A DNA stretch of 64,000 nt from an uncultured bacterium (lineage in GTDB: Bacteria > Zhuqueibacterota > QNDG01 > DTFT01). Positions 19,764 to 28,244 of the stretch are shown in pieces. The position numbers and the translations under genes were made by a program. The stretch lies in the NCBI GenBank assembly GCA_963736115.1, contig CAVTNR010000009.1, positions 1-64,000 of the forward strand, written 5' to 3'. The first letter of the stretch is position 1. Each line of letters begins with the position of its first letter. Below the pieces are notes generated by a model that was given only the letters and a program-made list of their open reading frames with translations, was not told the DNA's origin and made no database searches.

Positions 19764-20698
19764 GGCTGCTCCGCCACCTCGAAGTACTGGGGGATGACCT
19801 CGGAGAAGGCGACGTCGCGGGGGATCTGGATCCGGGCGGGAAGGCGCTTCGAGCCGTACCGCTCCCGCGCCCGATAGTCCACAACGGCCTGAATATCGCC
19901 GCTCGTCAGGCCGCTGAGAAGTCCGACCCCGCCCTGGACCTTGAGGGAAAGCACGGCCGGGGTGACCGCCAGGCGCCTGTCTTCCGGGCCGTTGATTACG
20001 GTTACGGGAATGCCCTCGAGCGTCCGCTCCCCGATTCTTTGAACGTCCGCCGCGAAGCGGACGGAACCGGAAGAAGCCCGCACCCGGGTCACGGGATCCA
20101 GTGCAAGCGGCGCCCGGTCCCGGACCTCCTTGATCAGCCCCGTGAAGGACCGCGGCTCCGTCCATACCTCCTGCGTGGAATCGACCACGGACTGGGGCCC
20201 GCTGATGCGGACGGTGTCGGGATCGAACCGGACGTCGCCGACCAGAGTGAATCCGTCGGCCGGCGTAAATTCGAGCCTGGACCGGACCGGAACACGGCGT
20301 TCCGCCAGCCGGTCCCATTTCACGTCCGCGGTTTCCGGCTGAAGGATGGACATCACCCGGATGCCCGTGGGCAGATCCTTGATCATATCCGGATCGAGTC
20401 GAACGGCCGTGTTGTTCGGAACCTTGCGGAGATCCATTTCCAGCCTTCGTTCGCGGAAGCGGTAGCTGACGAACTGGCGGCCCGTTCCCTTGAATAGAAC
20501 ACGGACCTGCGACGGCAGGGGCTGCAGGAGAATCCAGCCCGGCGGCGCATGCTCCACGCGCACCGGCACATCCACCGTGAATTCGTAGGTGTTCTCGAGC
20601 GAGATGTAGAACCAGAAAAAGAGCGCGCTGAGCAGGCAGAACAGCTTGATCTTGTAATTGTGGATGAAAAAGCGGGTGAAGAAAGATCGGGTTGTCAT
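19760..20698 (-). CDS. CdaR/YbbR-like protein
   Basis: N-terminal TM (KLFCLLSALFFWFYI) followed by three YbbR-like repeats (PDTVRISGP). Confidence 0.8.
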   Translation of the reverse strand: MTTRSFFTRFFIHNYKIKLFCLLSALFFWFYISLENTYEFTVDVPVRVEHAPPGWILLQPLPSQVRVLFKGTGRQFVSYRFRERRLEMDLRKVPNNTAVRLDPDMIKDLPTGIRVMSILQPETADVKWDRLAERRVPVRSRLEFTPADGFTLVGDVRFDPDTVRISGPQSVVDSTQEVWTEPRSFTGLIKEVRDRAPLALDPVTRVRASSGSVRFAADVQRIGERTLEGIPVTVINGPEDRRLAVTPAVLSLKVQGGVGLLSGLTSGDIQAVVDYRARERYGSKRLPARIQIPRDVAFSEVIPQYFEVAEQP

Positions 20699-20926
20699 GG
20701 TTCGGGTCCGGTCCCGGGGAAAGGGCTCCCCGGGCGCGTTCGATCGGGCCGCCGGAACCCCGCCGCTGATCCGAGGCCGCCGGATCCGTCGTCTTCAGCG
20801 GGTTTTCGACTGCCGCGACGGGTTCATCTCAGGGTCCGGTCGGAGGCTGGCGCGTCTCCGCGCATGAGGGACCTCCGATTTCGGCGAAGGCTTTCGGCGG
20901 GCCTCCGGTTCGGGTCTTAAAACCCA

Positions 20927-21118
20927 CTATTTATGGGAAGCTTCAAGCGGTTTGCCGAAACTGATCTCGCCGTTGTCGATGCGGATACTGAATCCGCAGT
21001 CAGGCCGGGTGCACACCCAGGCCTTGTACCGGATGGAAGCGCCGTCTCGTCCGTAGTCCGAGAGCGGCACCAGAACACCCCGGCCGCATTTCTGGCATTC
21101 GGGATACTTGTTTTCCAT
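20927..21118 (-). CDS. Small zinc-ribbon-like protein
   Basis: CQKC...CTRPDC; SD GGAGG. Confidence 0.7.
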   Translation of the reverse strand: MENKYPECQKCGRGVLVPLSDYGRDGASIRYKAWVCTRPDCGFSIRIDNGEISFGKPLEASHK

Positions 21119-21254
21119 CTCCGTCACCTCCCTGGCAAAAATCCGCCCGCCGGGTACGGGTTGTGCCCGGTCCCCGGCTGACAGTCATGCATGGCCGGAA
21201 CCCGGGCGTATCGGCCCGGTCCGGGGATTACAGGCGCCGGTCCGTCCGGTCCGT

Positions 21255-21698
21255 CTATTCCTTGACGACCCAGAGACGGACCTTGACCTCCACTTCCGGG
21301 TGAATCTTGATCGGGACACTGTACACGCCCAGCGCCTTGATGGGCTCGTCGAGCAGGATCTTGCGCTTGTCGATGGCGTATCCCTTCTCCTGGAGCAGGT
21401 CGGCGATGGTCTGGGAGGTCACCGAACCGAACACGCGGTCCTCCTCGCCGACGGCCACGGCGGCCGTGATGGACACGGCCTCGAGGTCCTTGGCCTGGGT
21501 CTCCGCCGCCTTGCGGTCCTTCTCCTGACGTCGGGTTTGCGTCCTGCGCTCCTCCTCGATCACCCGCTCGCTCGAAGGCGTAGCTTCGAGCGCGATGCCC
21601 CTCGGGAAAAGGAAATTCCGCGCGAAGCCGTTCTTCACCGAGACGACATCGCCCCGTTTCCCGAGATTTTCCTGGTCCTGACGCAGCAATACCTTCAT
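21255..21698 (-). CDS. rplI: 50S ribosomal protein L9
   Basis: LGKRGDVVSVKNGFARNFLFP; FGSVT. Confidence 0.97.
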   Translation of the reverse strand: MKVLLRQDQENLGKRGDVVSVKNGFARNFLFPRGIALEATPSSERVIEEERRTQTRRQEKDRKAAETQAKDLEAVSITAAVAVGEEDRVFGSVTSQTIADLLQEKGYAIDKRKILLDEPIKALGVYSVPIKIHPEVEVKVRLWVVKE

Positions 21699-21722
21699 GG
21701 ATGCCTCATTTGATTCCGTTGC

Positions 21723-21950
21723 TTACTGGTTCGATTCCGCCACATAGGGCATCATCGCGAGGTACCGGGCCCGTTTGATGGCCTGGGTCAGATGTCTCTG
21801 ATGCCTCGCGCAGTTGCCCGAGGTCCTGCGGGGAATGATCTTGCCGACTTCGGTCGTGAACTTCACGAGTTTCTTGGGGTCCTTGTAGTCGACGTATTCC
21901 ACGCGGTTTTCGCAGAACCGGCAGATGCGTTTCTTTTTGGGTTTGATCAA
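21723..21950 (-). CDS. rpsR: 30S ribosomal protein S18
   Basis: CRFC...VDYKD...GKIIPRR...AIKRAR. Confidence 0.96.
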   Translation of the reverse strand: MIKPKKKRICRFCENRVEYVDYKDPKKLVKFTTEVGKIIPRRTSGNCARHQRHLTQAIKRARYLAMMPYVAESNQ

Positions 21951-21993
21951 AACAGCCTCCAGTGATAAATGGTCGGCCGGCCTCCGGCGGGGG

Positions 21994-22500
21994 CTACAGT
22001 TCGAGCTCCTGATACCCGAAGTCGAACCTGCCCTTCATCGGATTGGGCTCCTCCGCCTCCTCCCCGGGGGTCTCGGTCTTCTCCCGGACCGCGGCCGGTT
22101 CGGCGGTCTCGGCCTGCGACGGCGCGGGCTCGCCGATTTCGGTGTTCCCCTCGTCGCGCCGGTTGAGGAACTGCACGCGGCTGGCCTTGATTTCGACGAT
22201 GTTGCGGTTCCGTCCGTCTTCGCCGCGCAGGCTCCGGCTCTGCAGTTCGCCCTCCACCAGCACCGCCGCGCCCTTCTGCAGGTTCTCGGCGCAGGTTTCG
22301 GCGAGCTTGTACCAGGCCACGACTCCGACGTAGCAGACATTCTCGCGCCACTGTCCGGTGTTGTCCTTGAACCGGCGGCTCGAAGCGATCCAGAAATTAG
22401 CCACCGGCGTCCCGTTTGTGGTCCGACGGAAAGACGGCTCACGGGTGAGATTCCCCGCGATGACCACCGAATTCACGTCGGGCATTCGGATTTCCGCCAT
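21994..22500 (-). CDS. ssb: Single-stranded DNA-binding protein
   Basis: [13 protein letters not shown]...[16 protein letters not shown]; located between rpsF and rpsR. Confidence 0.93.
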   Translation of the reverse strand: MAEIRMPDVNSVVIAGNLTREPSFRRTTNGTPVANFWIASSRRFKDNTGQWRENVCYVGVVAWYKLAETCAENLQKGAAVLVEGELQSRSLRGEDGRNRNIVEIKASRVQFLNRRDEGNTEIGEPAPSQAETAEPAAVREKTETPGEEAEEPNPMKGRFDFGYQELEL

Positions 22501-22505
22501 GCGCG

Positions 22506-22919
22506 TTAAACCTCCTCAACCCCGGGGGTTTTCCTGGATGCGGCGCCGTCCGATTCCGCTGCGGGGCTCGCGCCTTCCGCGGGTTTCTCCGGGGATTGAA
22601 CTTTCTGTTCTTCGGCCGCTTTCAAAGCCGCCTTGGGCATCACCACGGAGAGAAACCGGATCACCACGTCGTCGAGCCTGAAGGAACGGTTCAGTTCCTG
22701 GCAGAGCGGGCCCTCACCTTCGAAGCGGATGTACACGTAGAAACCGTACTGCTTCTTGGCGATTTCATAAGTCAGCCGCCGCTTGCCCCAGCGCTCGACC
22801 ACGTGAATCTTGCCGCCGTTTTTTTCGATCAGCTGAACGGTCTTGTTGATCGTGGCTTCGATCTGCTCGTTGGGTAAATGCGAGTCTGCGATGAAAGTGG
22901 TTTCGTATTGCCTGACCAT
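22506..22919 (-). CDS. rpsF: 30S ribosomal protein S6
   Basis: YETTFI, WGKRRLTYEI. Confidence 0.96.
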   Translation of the reverse strand: MVRQYETTFIADSHLPNEQIEATINKTVQLIEKNGGKIHVVERWGKRRLTYEIAKKQYGFYVYIRFEGEGPLCQELNRSFRLDDVVIRFLSVVMPKAALKAAEEQKVQSPEKPAEGASPAAESDGAASRKTPGVEEV

Positions 22920-22975
22920 GCGTCACCTCCCTTCGGTCATTGGGTCCTCCCGCACGCGGGGGAGGACAGGGATTG
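22920..22975 (-). ncRNA. S6:S18 ribosomal protein leader (candidate)
   Basis: TCCCT/AGGGA stem overlapping the SD, inner stem GTCCTCCC/GGGAGGAC and a CC-containing bulge directly upstream of rpsF. Confidence 0.65.
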
Positions 22976-23024
22976 TGAGAGCGTCCGCGCCGCCCGGCCA
23001 GTGAGGGCTGAGCGGAAACGGTCG

Positions 23025-23594
23025 TTATTCGGAATTGCCGCGGTTGTATCGGTTCATGGCCCACTCGAATCCGTTCTCGGCCGCCGCGATCAGGGCGTCC
23101 GCGCCGTCTTCGACCAGGGTATTCACCGCGGTCTGTTCCTTTCTCGGAAATCGCGAAAGAACGTAATCGACTGTGTCGGCGCCGGGCCGGAGCCCGATTC
23201 CCATGCGGAGGCGGCCGAAATCCGACGTCCCCAGGGCCTGAATCACCGATGCAAGTCCGTTGTGGCCCCCGTCGCTTCCTTTCGGCCGCAACCGGAGCAT
23301 GCCGAGCGGAAGGTTGAAATCGTCACAGACCACAATCAGCCCCGAAAGCGGCACCTCGTAGCGCCGGACCGCGTCCTGCACGGCGGCGCCGCTCCGGTTC
23401 ATGAAGGTGGACGGCTTGACCAGCAGGATCTTCCCGCCCGAAACCTTCGTCTGAAAAAAATCGTACGGCCCGAAACCGGGCTTGAAGCGGCCGTCCCACC
23501 GTTCGGCCAAGCGGTCCAGAACCATGAATCCGAGGTTATGGCGCGTCTTCTCGTACGTCTTCCCCGGATTACCGAGGCCCACGAACAGGTGCAC
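23025..23594 (-). CDS. pth: Peptidyl-tRNA hydrolase
   Basis: VGLGNPG, TRHNLGF, KPSTFMNRSG, GGHNGL. Confidence 0.96.
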   Translation of the reverse strand: MHLFVGLGNPGKTYEKTRHNLGFMVLDRLAERWDGRFKPGFGPYDFFQTKVSGGKILLVKPSTFMNRSGAAVQDAVRRYEVPLSGLIVVCDDFNLPLGMLRLRPKGSDGGHNGLASVIQALGTSDFGRLRMGIGLRPGADTVDYVLSRFPRKEQTAVNTLVEDGADALIAAAENGFEWAMNRYNRGNSE

Positions 23595-23624
23595 AGGATT
23601 TCCTCCCGGCGTCGGAACGCCGGG

Positions 23625-24380
23625 CTATTTCTTCGATTCCTTGCCCTTGGCTGCCGGGGCTTCCTTGCCCTTGGCCGCCGGGGCTTCCTTGCCCTTGGCC
23701 GCCGGGGCTTCCTTGCCCTTCGCGTCCTTGGACTCCTTGCCGTCCTTCGCGCCTTCGGCCGCTTCGGGCTTCGCAACCGCGCCTTCCGCGCCTTCCACGG
23801 TCGCTGCGGCCGCGGTCTCGGTATCGGACTTCACGACCTTCGGCTGGACCACATTGGCCACAACCTGACGGGTGTCCGTGATGAACCGGAACTTGCCCGC
23901 AACGGCCGTTTCCAGCGTGATGGTGTCGCCGATCTCCAGATGGTCCACCGCGAACTCGACGTGCTCGGGCAGGTCGAGCGGGAGGCCTTCGACTTCCACC
24001 ATCCGGAGCAGCTGCTCCAGAACGCCGCCGTTCTTGACGCCGGCCGGCGATCCTTTCAGGACGATGGGAACCGAGAGACGGACCTTTTCGGTCAGTGAAA
24101 TGCCCATCAGGTCGACGTGCACCAGCGCGTCCGAGACGGGATCCCGCTGGATGCCGCGGATAATGGATTTCCGGATCGTGCCGTCCGGAAAGATCACGTC
24201 CATGATGTTGGCTTCCCGGTGGAGTACGGCCGTAAACTCCCGTGCGTCCACGGACAGCGGAACGGTGGTTTCGTTGCGCGCATAGAACACGGCGGGCACC
24301 CGCCCCGCGTGTCTCAGGGTCTTGGCGATCTGGTGGCCCGTCTTCTCGCGAGCCGCCACGTGCAGTTGAACTTCCGGCAT
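23625..24380 (-). CDS. rplY: 50S ribosomal protein L25/Ctc
   Basis: GRVPAVFY, IQRDPV, HVDL; prs-rplY-pth synteny. Confidence 0.92.
   Translation of the reverse strand: MPEVQLHVAAREKTGHQIAKTLRHAGRVPAVFYARNETTVPLSVDAREFTAVLHREANIMDVIFPDGTIRKSIIRGIQRDPVSDALVHVDLMGISLTEKVRLSVPIVLKGSPAGVKNGGVLEQLLRMVEVEGLPLDLPEHVEFAVDHLEIGDTITLETAVAGKFRFITDTRQVVANVVQPKVVKSDTETAAAATVEGAEGAVAKPEAAEGAKDGKESKDAKGKEAPAAKGKEAPAAKGKEAPAAKGKESKK
23638..23720 (-). repeat. 24-bp in-frame tandem repeat (AKGKEAPA) in the rplY tail
   Basis: cttgcccttggc(c/t)gccggggcttc x3 plus a partial unit. Confidence 0.9.
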
Positions 24381-24401
24381 ATCGTATTCCCCTGTTGGTT
24401 T

Positions 24402-25331
24402 CTAAGTAGGGTCAAACAGTGAACTGATCGATTCCTCGTTGTGGATCCGCTTGATCGCCTCTCCGAAAAGGGCGCCCGCAGAAAGCACCCGGATTTTCCC
24501 GTCGAGTTTTTCATGCGGGATATACAGCGTGTCCGAAACGACCACGGCCGACATCGGCGACGCCTCGATGGCCTGCGGCGAACGGCCCGACAGGATCGCG
24601 TGCGTGCAGGCCGCGAGGACGCGCTTGGCCCCGGATTCCTTGACCAGGCTGGCGGCGGCGCAGAGCGTCCCCGCCGTGTCGATCATGTCGTCGAACAGGA
24701 CCACGTCCCTTCCGGTCACGCTCCCGATCAGCGTGACCGAATCGACCGAGTTGGGTCCGGTCCGCTTTTTGTCGACGATGGCGATGTCCGTGCCCAGCCG
24801 GTTGGCGTAGGCGCGCGCCCGCTTCACGCTCCCGATGTCCGGGCACACCACCACCGGATTCTCGAGCGCCTGGGACTTGATGAAATCCACGAAAATGGCC
24901 GACGAATACAGGTGATCGAACGGGATGTCGAAGAAACCCTGTATCGAAGGCGAATGCAGGTCCATGGTCAGGACGCGGTCCGTGCCCGCCTTGGACAGCA
25001 TGTTCGCGACGAGCTTGGCGGACAGCGCCACCCGGGGCTGATCCTTGCGGTCCTGGCGGGCATATCCGAAATACGGAATGACGGCCGTGATCCGCTTGGC
25101 CGACGCGCGGCTGGCCGCGTCGATCATCAGCAGCAGTTCCATCAGGTTGTCGCCCGGCGCGCACGTCGGCTGGACGATGAAAACGTCGGCACCCCTGATG
25201 TTCTCGTTGTATTTAACCGCGATCTCGCCGTCGCTGAAACGACTGATTTCAGCGTCTCCCAGCGAGACGTTCAGATAGGCCGCGATCTTCTCCGCCAACG
25301 GCCGGTTGGCGTTGCACGTAAACAGCTTCAT
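24402..25331 (-). CDS. prs: Ribose-phosphate pyrophosphokinase
   Basis: FSDGE, PYFGYARQDRK, DLHS, DDMIDTAGT. Confidence 0.97.
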   Translation of the reverse strand: MKLFTCNANRPLAEKIAAYLNVSLGDAEISRFSDGEIAVKYNENIRGADVFIVQPTCAPGDNLMELLLMIDAASRASAKRITAVIPYFGYARQDRKDQPRVALSAKLVANMLSKAGTDRVLTMDLHSPSIQGFFDIPFDHLYSSAIFVDFIKSQALENPVVVCPDIGSVKRARAYANRLGTDIAIVDKKRTGPNSVDSVTLIGSVTGRDVVLFDDMIDTAGTLCAAASLVKESGAKRVLAACTHAILSGRSPQAIEASPMSAVVVSDTLYIPHEKLDGKIRVLSAGALFGEAIKRIHNEESISSLFDPT

Positions 25332-25395
25332 GCGTCACTCACTTGATGATGTCGCGACCATCCCCCGCACCGGGACTCCGGCTGGTGGATCCGTT

Positions 25396-25470
25396 TGGCT
25401 GGGGCGGAAGGATTCGAACCCTCGGATGCGGGGACCAAAACCCCGTGCCTTTCCACTTGGCGACGCCCCA
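25396..25470 (-). tRNA. tRNA-Gln(TTG)
   Basis: TGGGGCGTCGCCAAGTGGAAAGGCACGGGGTTTTGGTCCCCG...GGTTCGAATCCTTCCGCCCCAGCCA cloverleaf with encoded CCA. Confidence 0.96.
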
Positions 25471-25534
25471 GAGTGATGCCCGCGGGAGGCGGCCTCCGTC
25501 GGAAAACCGGAAAATGCGATGCGTCGGGATTAAA

Positions 25535-25826
25535 TTGAATCTCCCCGCCGCCCGCTGCGCGGGACCAAGCTATTATATGCCTTCTGGTTGAAGGCAAGCG
25601 GCGGAGAATCTTCTATCTGTAGAGAAGAGACATCCGATATTCGCTCGCTTGCCCCGCGGCCCGCTACGCGGGATCAATCCATTATATGCCTTCTTATTGA
25701 AGACAAGCCGCGGGCCTTCAATAATGAAATAATCCGATAGCTTGGTCCGGCGAAGTCTTCAATAACCGGCATCTGCAGATTGATCCCGCATCGCGGGACC
25801 GGGGAATGCGCTCGCTGTCAGATTCA
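25535..25826. mobile_element. Two-hairpin non-autonomous element (IS200/IS605-end-like) carrying four nested mini-elements
   Basis: Backbone aligns to the uninterrupted copy at 52525-52640; inserts at 25551-25594, 25660-25703 and 25715-25802 (the last containing 25756-25798). Confidence 0.75.
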
Positions 25827-26102
25827 GTTGGACCCGGGAGCCGAATTCCGGCCGACTTCCTCCCAGTACTTGTCCAGGACGACCTTTTCAAGCCGGGTTC
25901 GGAATTCGCTCGTAATGGGGTGGGCGATGTCTCGGAACGAGCCGTCTCTCTGCTTCCGGCTGGGCATGGCGATGAAGTAGCGGCCGATATGTTCAATGAT
26001 CTTCAACCCCCTCACCACGAAGAGATCATCGATCACGATATTGGCAAAAGCCTTGAGCTTTTCATCGTCCATCAGGGATACGGAGACTTCGGTGATTTCC
26101 AT
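25824..26102 (-). CDS. spoVG: SpoVG family protein
   Basis: MEITEV...LKAFANI...VVRGLKII...FIAMPSRK...FRDIAHPI. Confidence 0.95.
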   Translation of the reverse strand: MEITEVSVSLMDDEKLKAFANIVIDDLFVVRGLKIIEHIGRYFIAMPSRKQRDGSFRDIAHPITSEFRTRLEKVVLDKYWEEVGRNSAPGSN

Positions 26103-26106
26103 GCGT

Positions 26107-27033
26107 TCACTCCTTCCGTTTGGCCGTTTCGTGTTCCCGGAATTTCCCTTCGGAAATCCAAGATGCCCGAGCCAAGGAGCGAACCGGTTCACACAGAAAT
26201 GTCTTTACCCGTTTGTCAATGGAAAAGAACGCACGGGCCGCTTCCGCCTGTTCCTGCCGATGGAACAGACCCAATACGGACGACCCGCTACCCGACATGC
26301 TGGCATAAAAGGCATCCCACTTGTACAAGTTTTCCTTGAACAGTTTCAGCAGGGGATGCCTTTGAAAAACCACGTCTTCGAGCTCGTTTTTCAGCGAAGC
26401 CCGGAGAGAGTGTAAATCGCGATTTTGAAAAAGCGAATCAAATATAGCCATTTTTATATCTCTTGTCAAGACGATTCTGGCTTGGCTGTAAGCCCAGGCA
26501 GTGGAAACAGATACGTCCGGACAAATCAGCAGAACCCAGAAATCGGTTTGTATTTCGATGGGAGTCAATATTTCGCCGCGGCCCTCGCCTATGGCAGTGC
26601 CGCCCTGTATAAAAAAAGGCACATCCGAACCGATCTCTTCCGCCATTTTTTCAAGCTGTTTGATGGTTAAGTCCTTTTTAAACATAATATTGAGGGCGGT
26701 CAATGTGGAGGCGGCGTTGCTGCTCCCTCCGCCCAGGCCAGCACCGATTGGAATCCGCTTCTCCACATTGACTTCCAAACCGCCCTCTAAATGATGATTT
26801 TTCTTAAATAGTTCATATGCCTTCCATATCAGATTATCCCTGTCCAATGGAATCGGGATGCCCTCAGATCCAAGTCTCAATTCCGGAGATAGGGTTCTGG
26901 TGAAACGGAGGGTATCAAACAGGCTGATCGTTTGAAATAAAGTCAGGATGTCATGATAGCCATCCATCCGCTTTTTCAATAGATAAAGCCCGAGATTGAT
27001 TTTTGCCGGGGATTTCAGAATCAGGGAATCCAT
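26107..27033 (-). CDS. ispE: 4-diphosphocytidyl-2-C-methyl-D-erythritol kinase
   Basis: SPAKINLGL, DGYH, KRIPIGAGLGGGSSNAA, GSDVPFF, MSGSGS. Confidence 0.96.
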   Translation of the reverse strand: MDSLILKSPAKINLGLYLLKKRMDGYHDILTLFQTISLFDTLRFTRTLSPELRLGSEGIPIPLDRDNLIWKAYELFKKNHHLEGGLEVNVEKRIPIGAGLGGGSSNAASTLTALNIMFKKDLTIKQLEKMAEEIGSDVPFFIQGGTAIGEGRGEILTPIEIQTDFWVLLICPDVSVSTAWAYSQARIVLTRDIKMAIFDSLFQNRDLHSLRASLKNELEDVVFQRHPLLKLFKENLYKWDAFYASMSGSGSSVLGLFHRQEQAEAARAFFSIDKRVKTFLCEPVRSLARASWISEGKFREHETAKRKE

Positions 27034-27493
27034 TCAAGTCCTCTCAATCTCGTTTTATGAACTACAAATAGTATTCCAAATAGGATGTATTCATAAAAGA
27101 AATGAAATATCAAGGAGATATCGTATCCGATATTTTATTCATATGCCGGATTATTGAGTGATTGTCAGGAAAAGGTGACAGTGCATGTATTGAAAATCAT
27201 ACATAACTGATCATGTACAATCCGGTTATTCTCTTGTCCGCGATAACACGGAATCCAGATTCCGGACTCGGGCCCGGCTGGAGCTACACGCGTAATAAAA
27301 AATGTGCATGCCATACGCCTCTCTATCGGCGGAGTTTGACACCTTCCGAACCGGCGGCACTTCAGCGCGGGTCCTCAACGGCCTGCCCCAAAAAAATATC
27401 AGCGGATCCGGGGCTTCAATATACGAAGAAAAGGATTGCATTTTCAGGCGATATTCCATACATTTTTGTTTTAATAATAATTGACGGCATTTC

Positions 27494-28225
27494 ATGGCTA
27501 CTGCCTATTTTATTTCAGATGCCCATCTGGGAATCGGAACCGCCGAGTTCCAGGACCGCCAGGAAAAAAATCTCGTTGATTTCCTGGACAAGGCCTGCCG
27601 GCCGGGGGATACCCTGTTCATTCTCGGTGACCTTTTCGATTTCTGGTTCGAGTACGTATCCGTCATCCCATGCCGTTTCTTCCGCACTCTGGTCGCGCTG
27701 GAGCGGTGCCGGCTGCGGAACGTAAAAATCCGCTATTTCACGGGGAATCACGATTTCTGGCTCGGGTCCTTTTTCCCGGACCGTCTGGGCGCGCAGATCC
27801 ACACGGAACCGCTGAAGACCCGGATCAGCGGCCGGACATTCTGGATCGGGCACGGCGACGGGATCATGAAGCAGGACCGGGGATACCGCCTGCTCAAACG
27901 GGTTCTGCGGAACCGGGCGGCCGTTTCGGCATACCGATGCCTCCACCCGGACCTGGCCTACGGCATCGCGCATTTTTTCTCCCGGTTGTCGCGCAACCAT
28001 CCGGCCTTTCCGGACCGGGACCGGGACTATCTCGAATTCGCGGAAAGCCGGTTCGACGAGGGCATCGACTGCGTCATCATGGCCCATACGCACCGGCCCC
28101 TCCTGCACCGCAGAAGGTCTTGCGTCTACCTCAATACCGGCGACTGGATCCGGCATTTCACTTACGGCCGGTTCCGGAACGGCCGGCTGTCGCTTGAAAA
28201 ATGGCCGGTCGGCCGCGCGGACTGA
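27494..28225 (+). CDS. lpxH: UDP-2,3-diacylglucosamine diphosphatase
   Basis: FISDAHLG, LGDLFDFWFE, GNHD, HGDG, HTH, NTGDW. Confidence 0.85.
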   Translation: MATAYFISDAHLGIGTAEFQDRQEKNLVDFLDKACRPGDTLFILGDLFDFWFEYVSVIPCRFFRTLVALERCRLRNVKIRYFTGNHDFWLGSFFPDRLGAQIHTEPLKTRISGRTFWIGHGDGIMKQDRGYRLLKRVLRNRAAVSAYRCLHPDLAYGIAHFFSRLSRNHPAFPDRDRDYLEFAESRFDEGIDCVIMAHTHRPLLHRRRSCVYLNTGDWIRHFTYGRFRNGRLSLEKWPVGRAD

Positions 28226-28244
28226 CCGGACCTCTGGAGAAACC

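Noticed and set aside
19764-20318. Apparent 185-aa N-terminal extension or fusion on TsaD
   Set aside because: It overlaps the CdaR-like gene in another frame; the true start is GTG 19763
20700-20920. Small ORF or RNA between the zinc-ribbon and CdaR-like genes
   Set aside because: The SD and ATG give only a 13-aa peptide; GC-rich hairpins have no recognisable family
25551-25800. Repeat-variable-repeat pattern as a CRISPR array
   Set aside because: Copies are in mixed orientations, nested and dispersed; the variable parts are only 15-18 nt and related to each other; no cas genes
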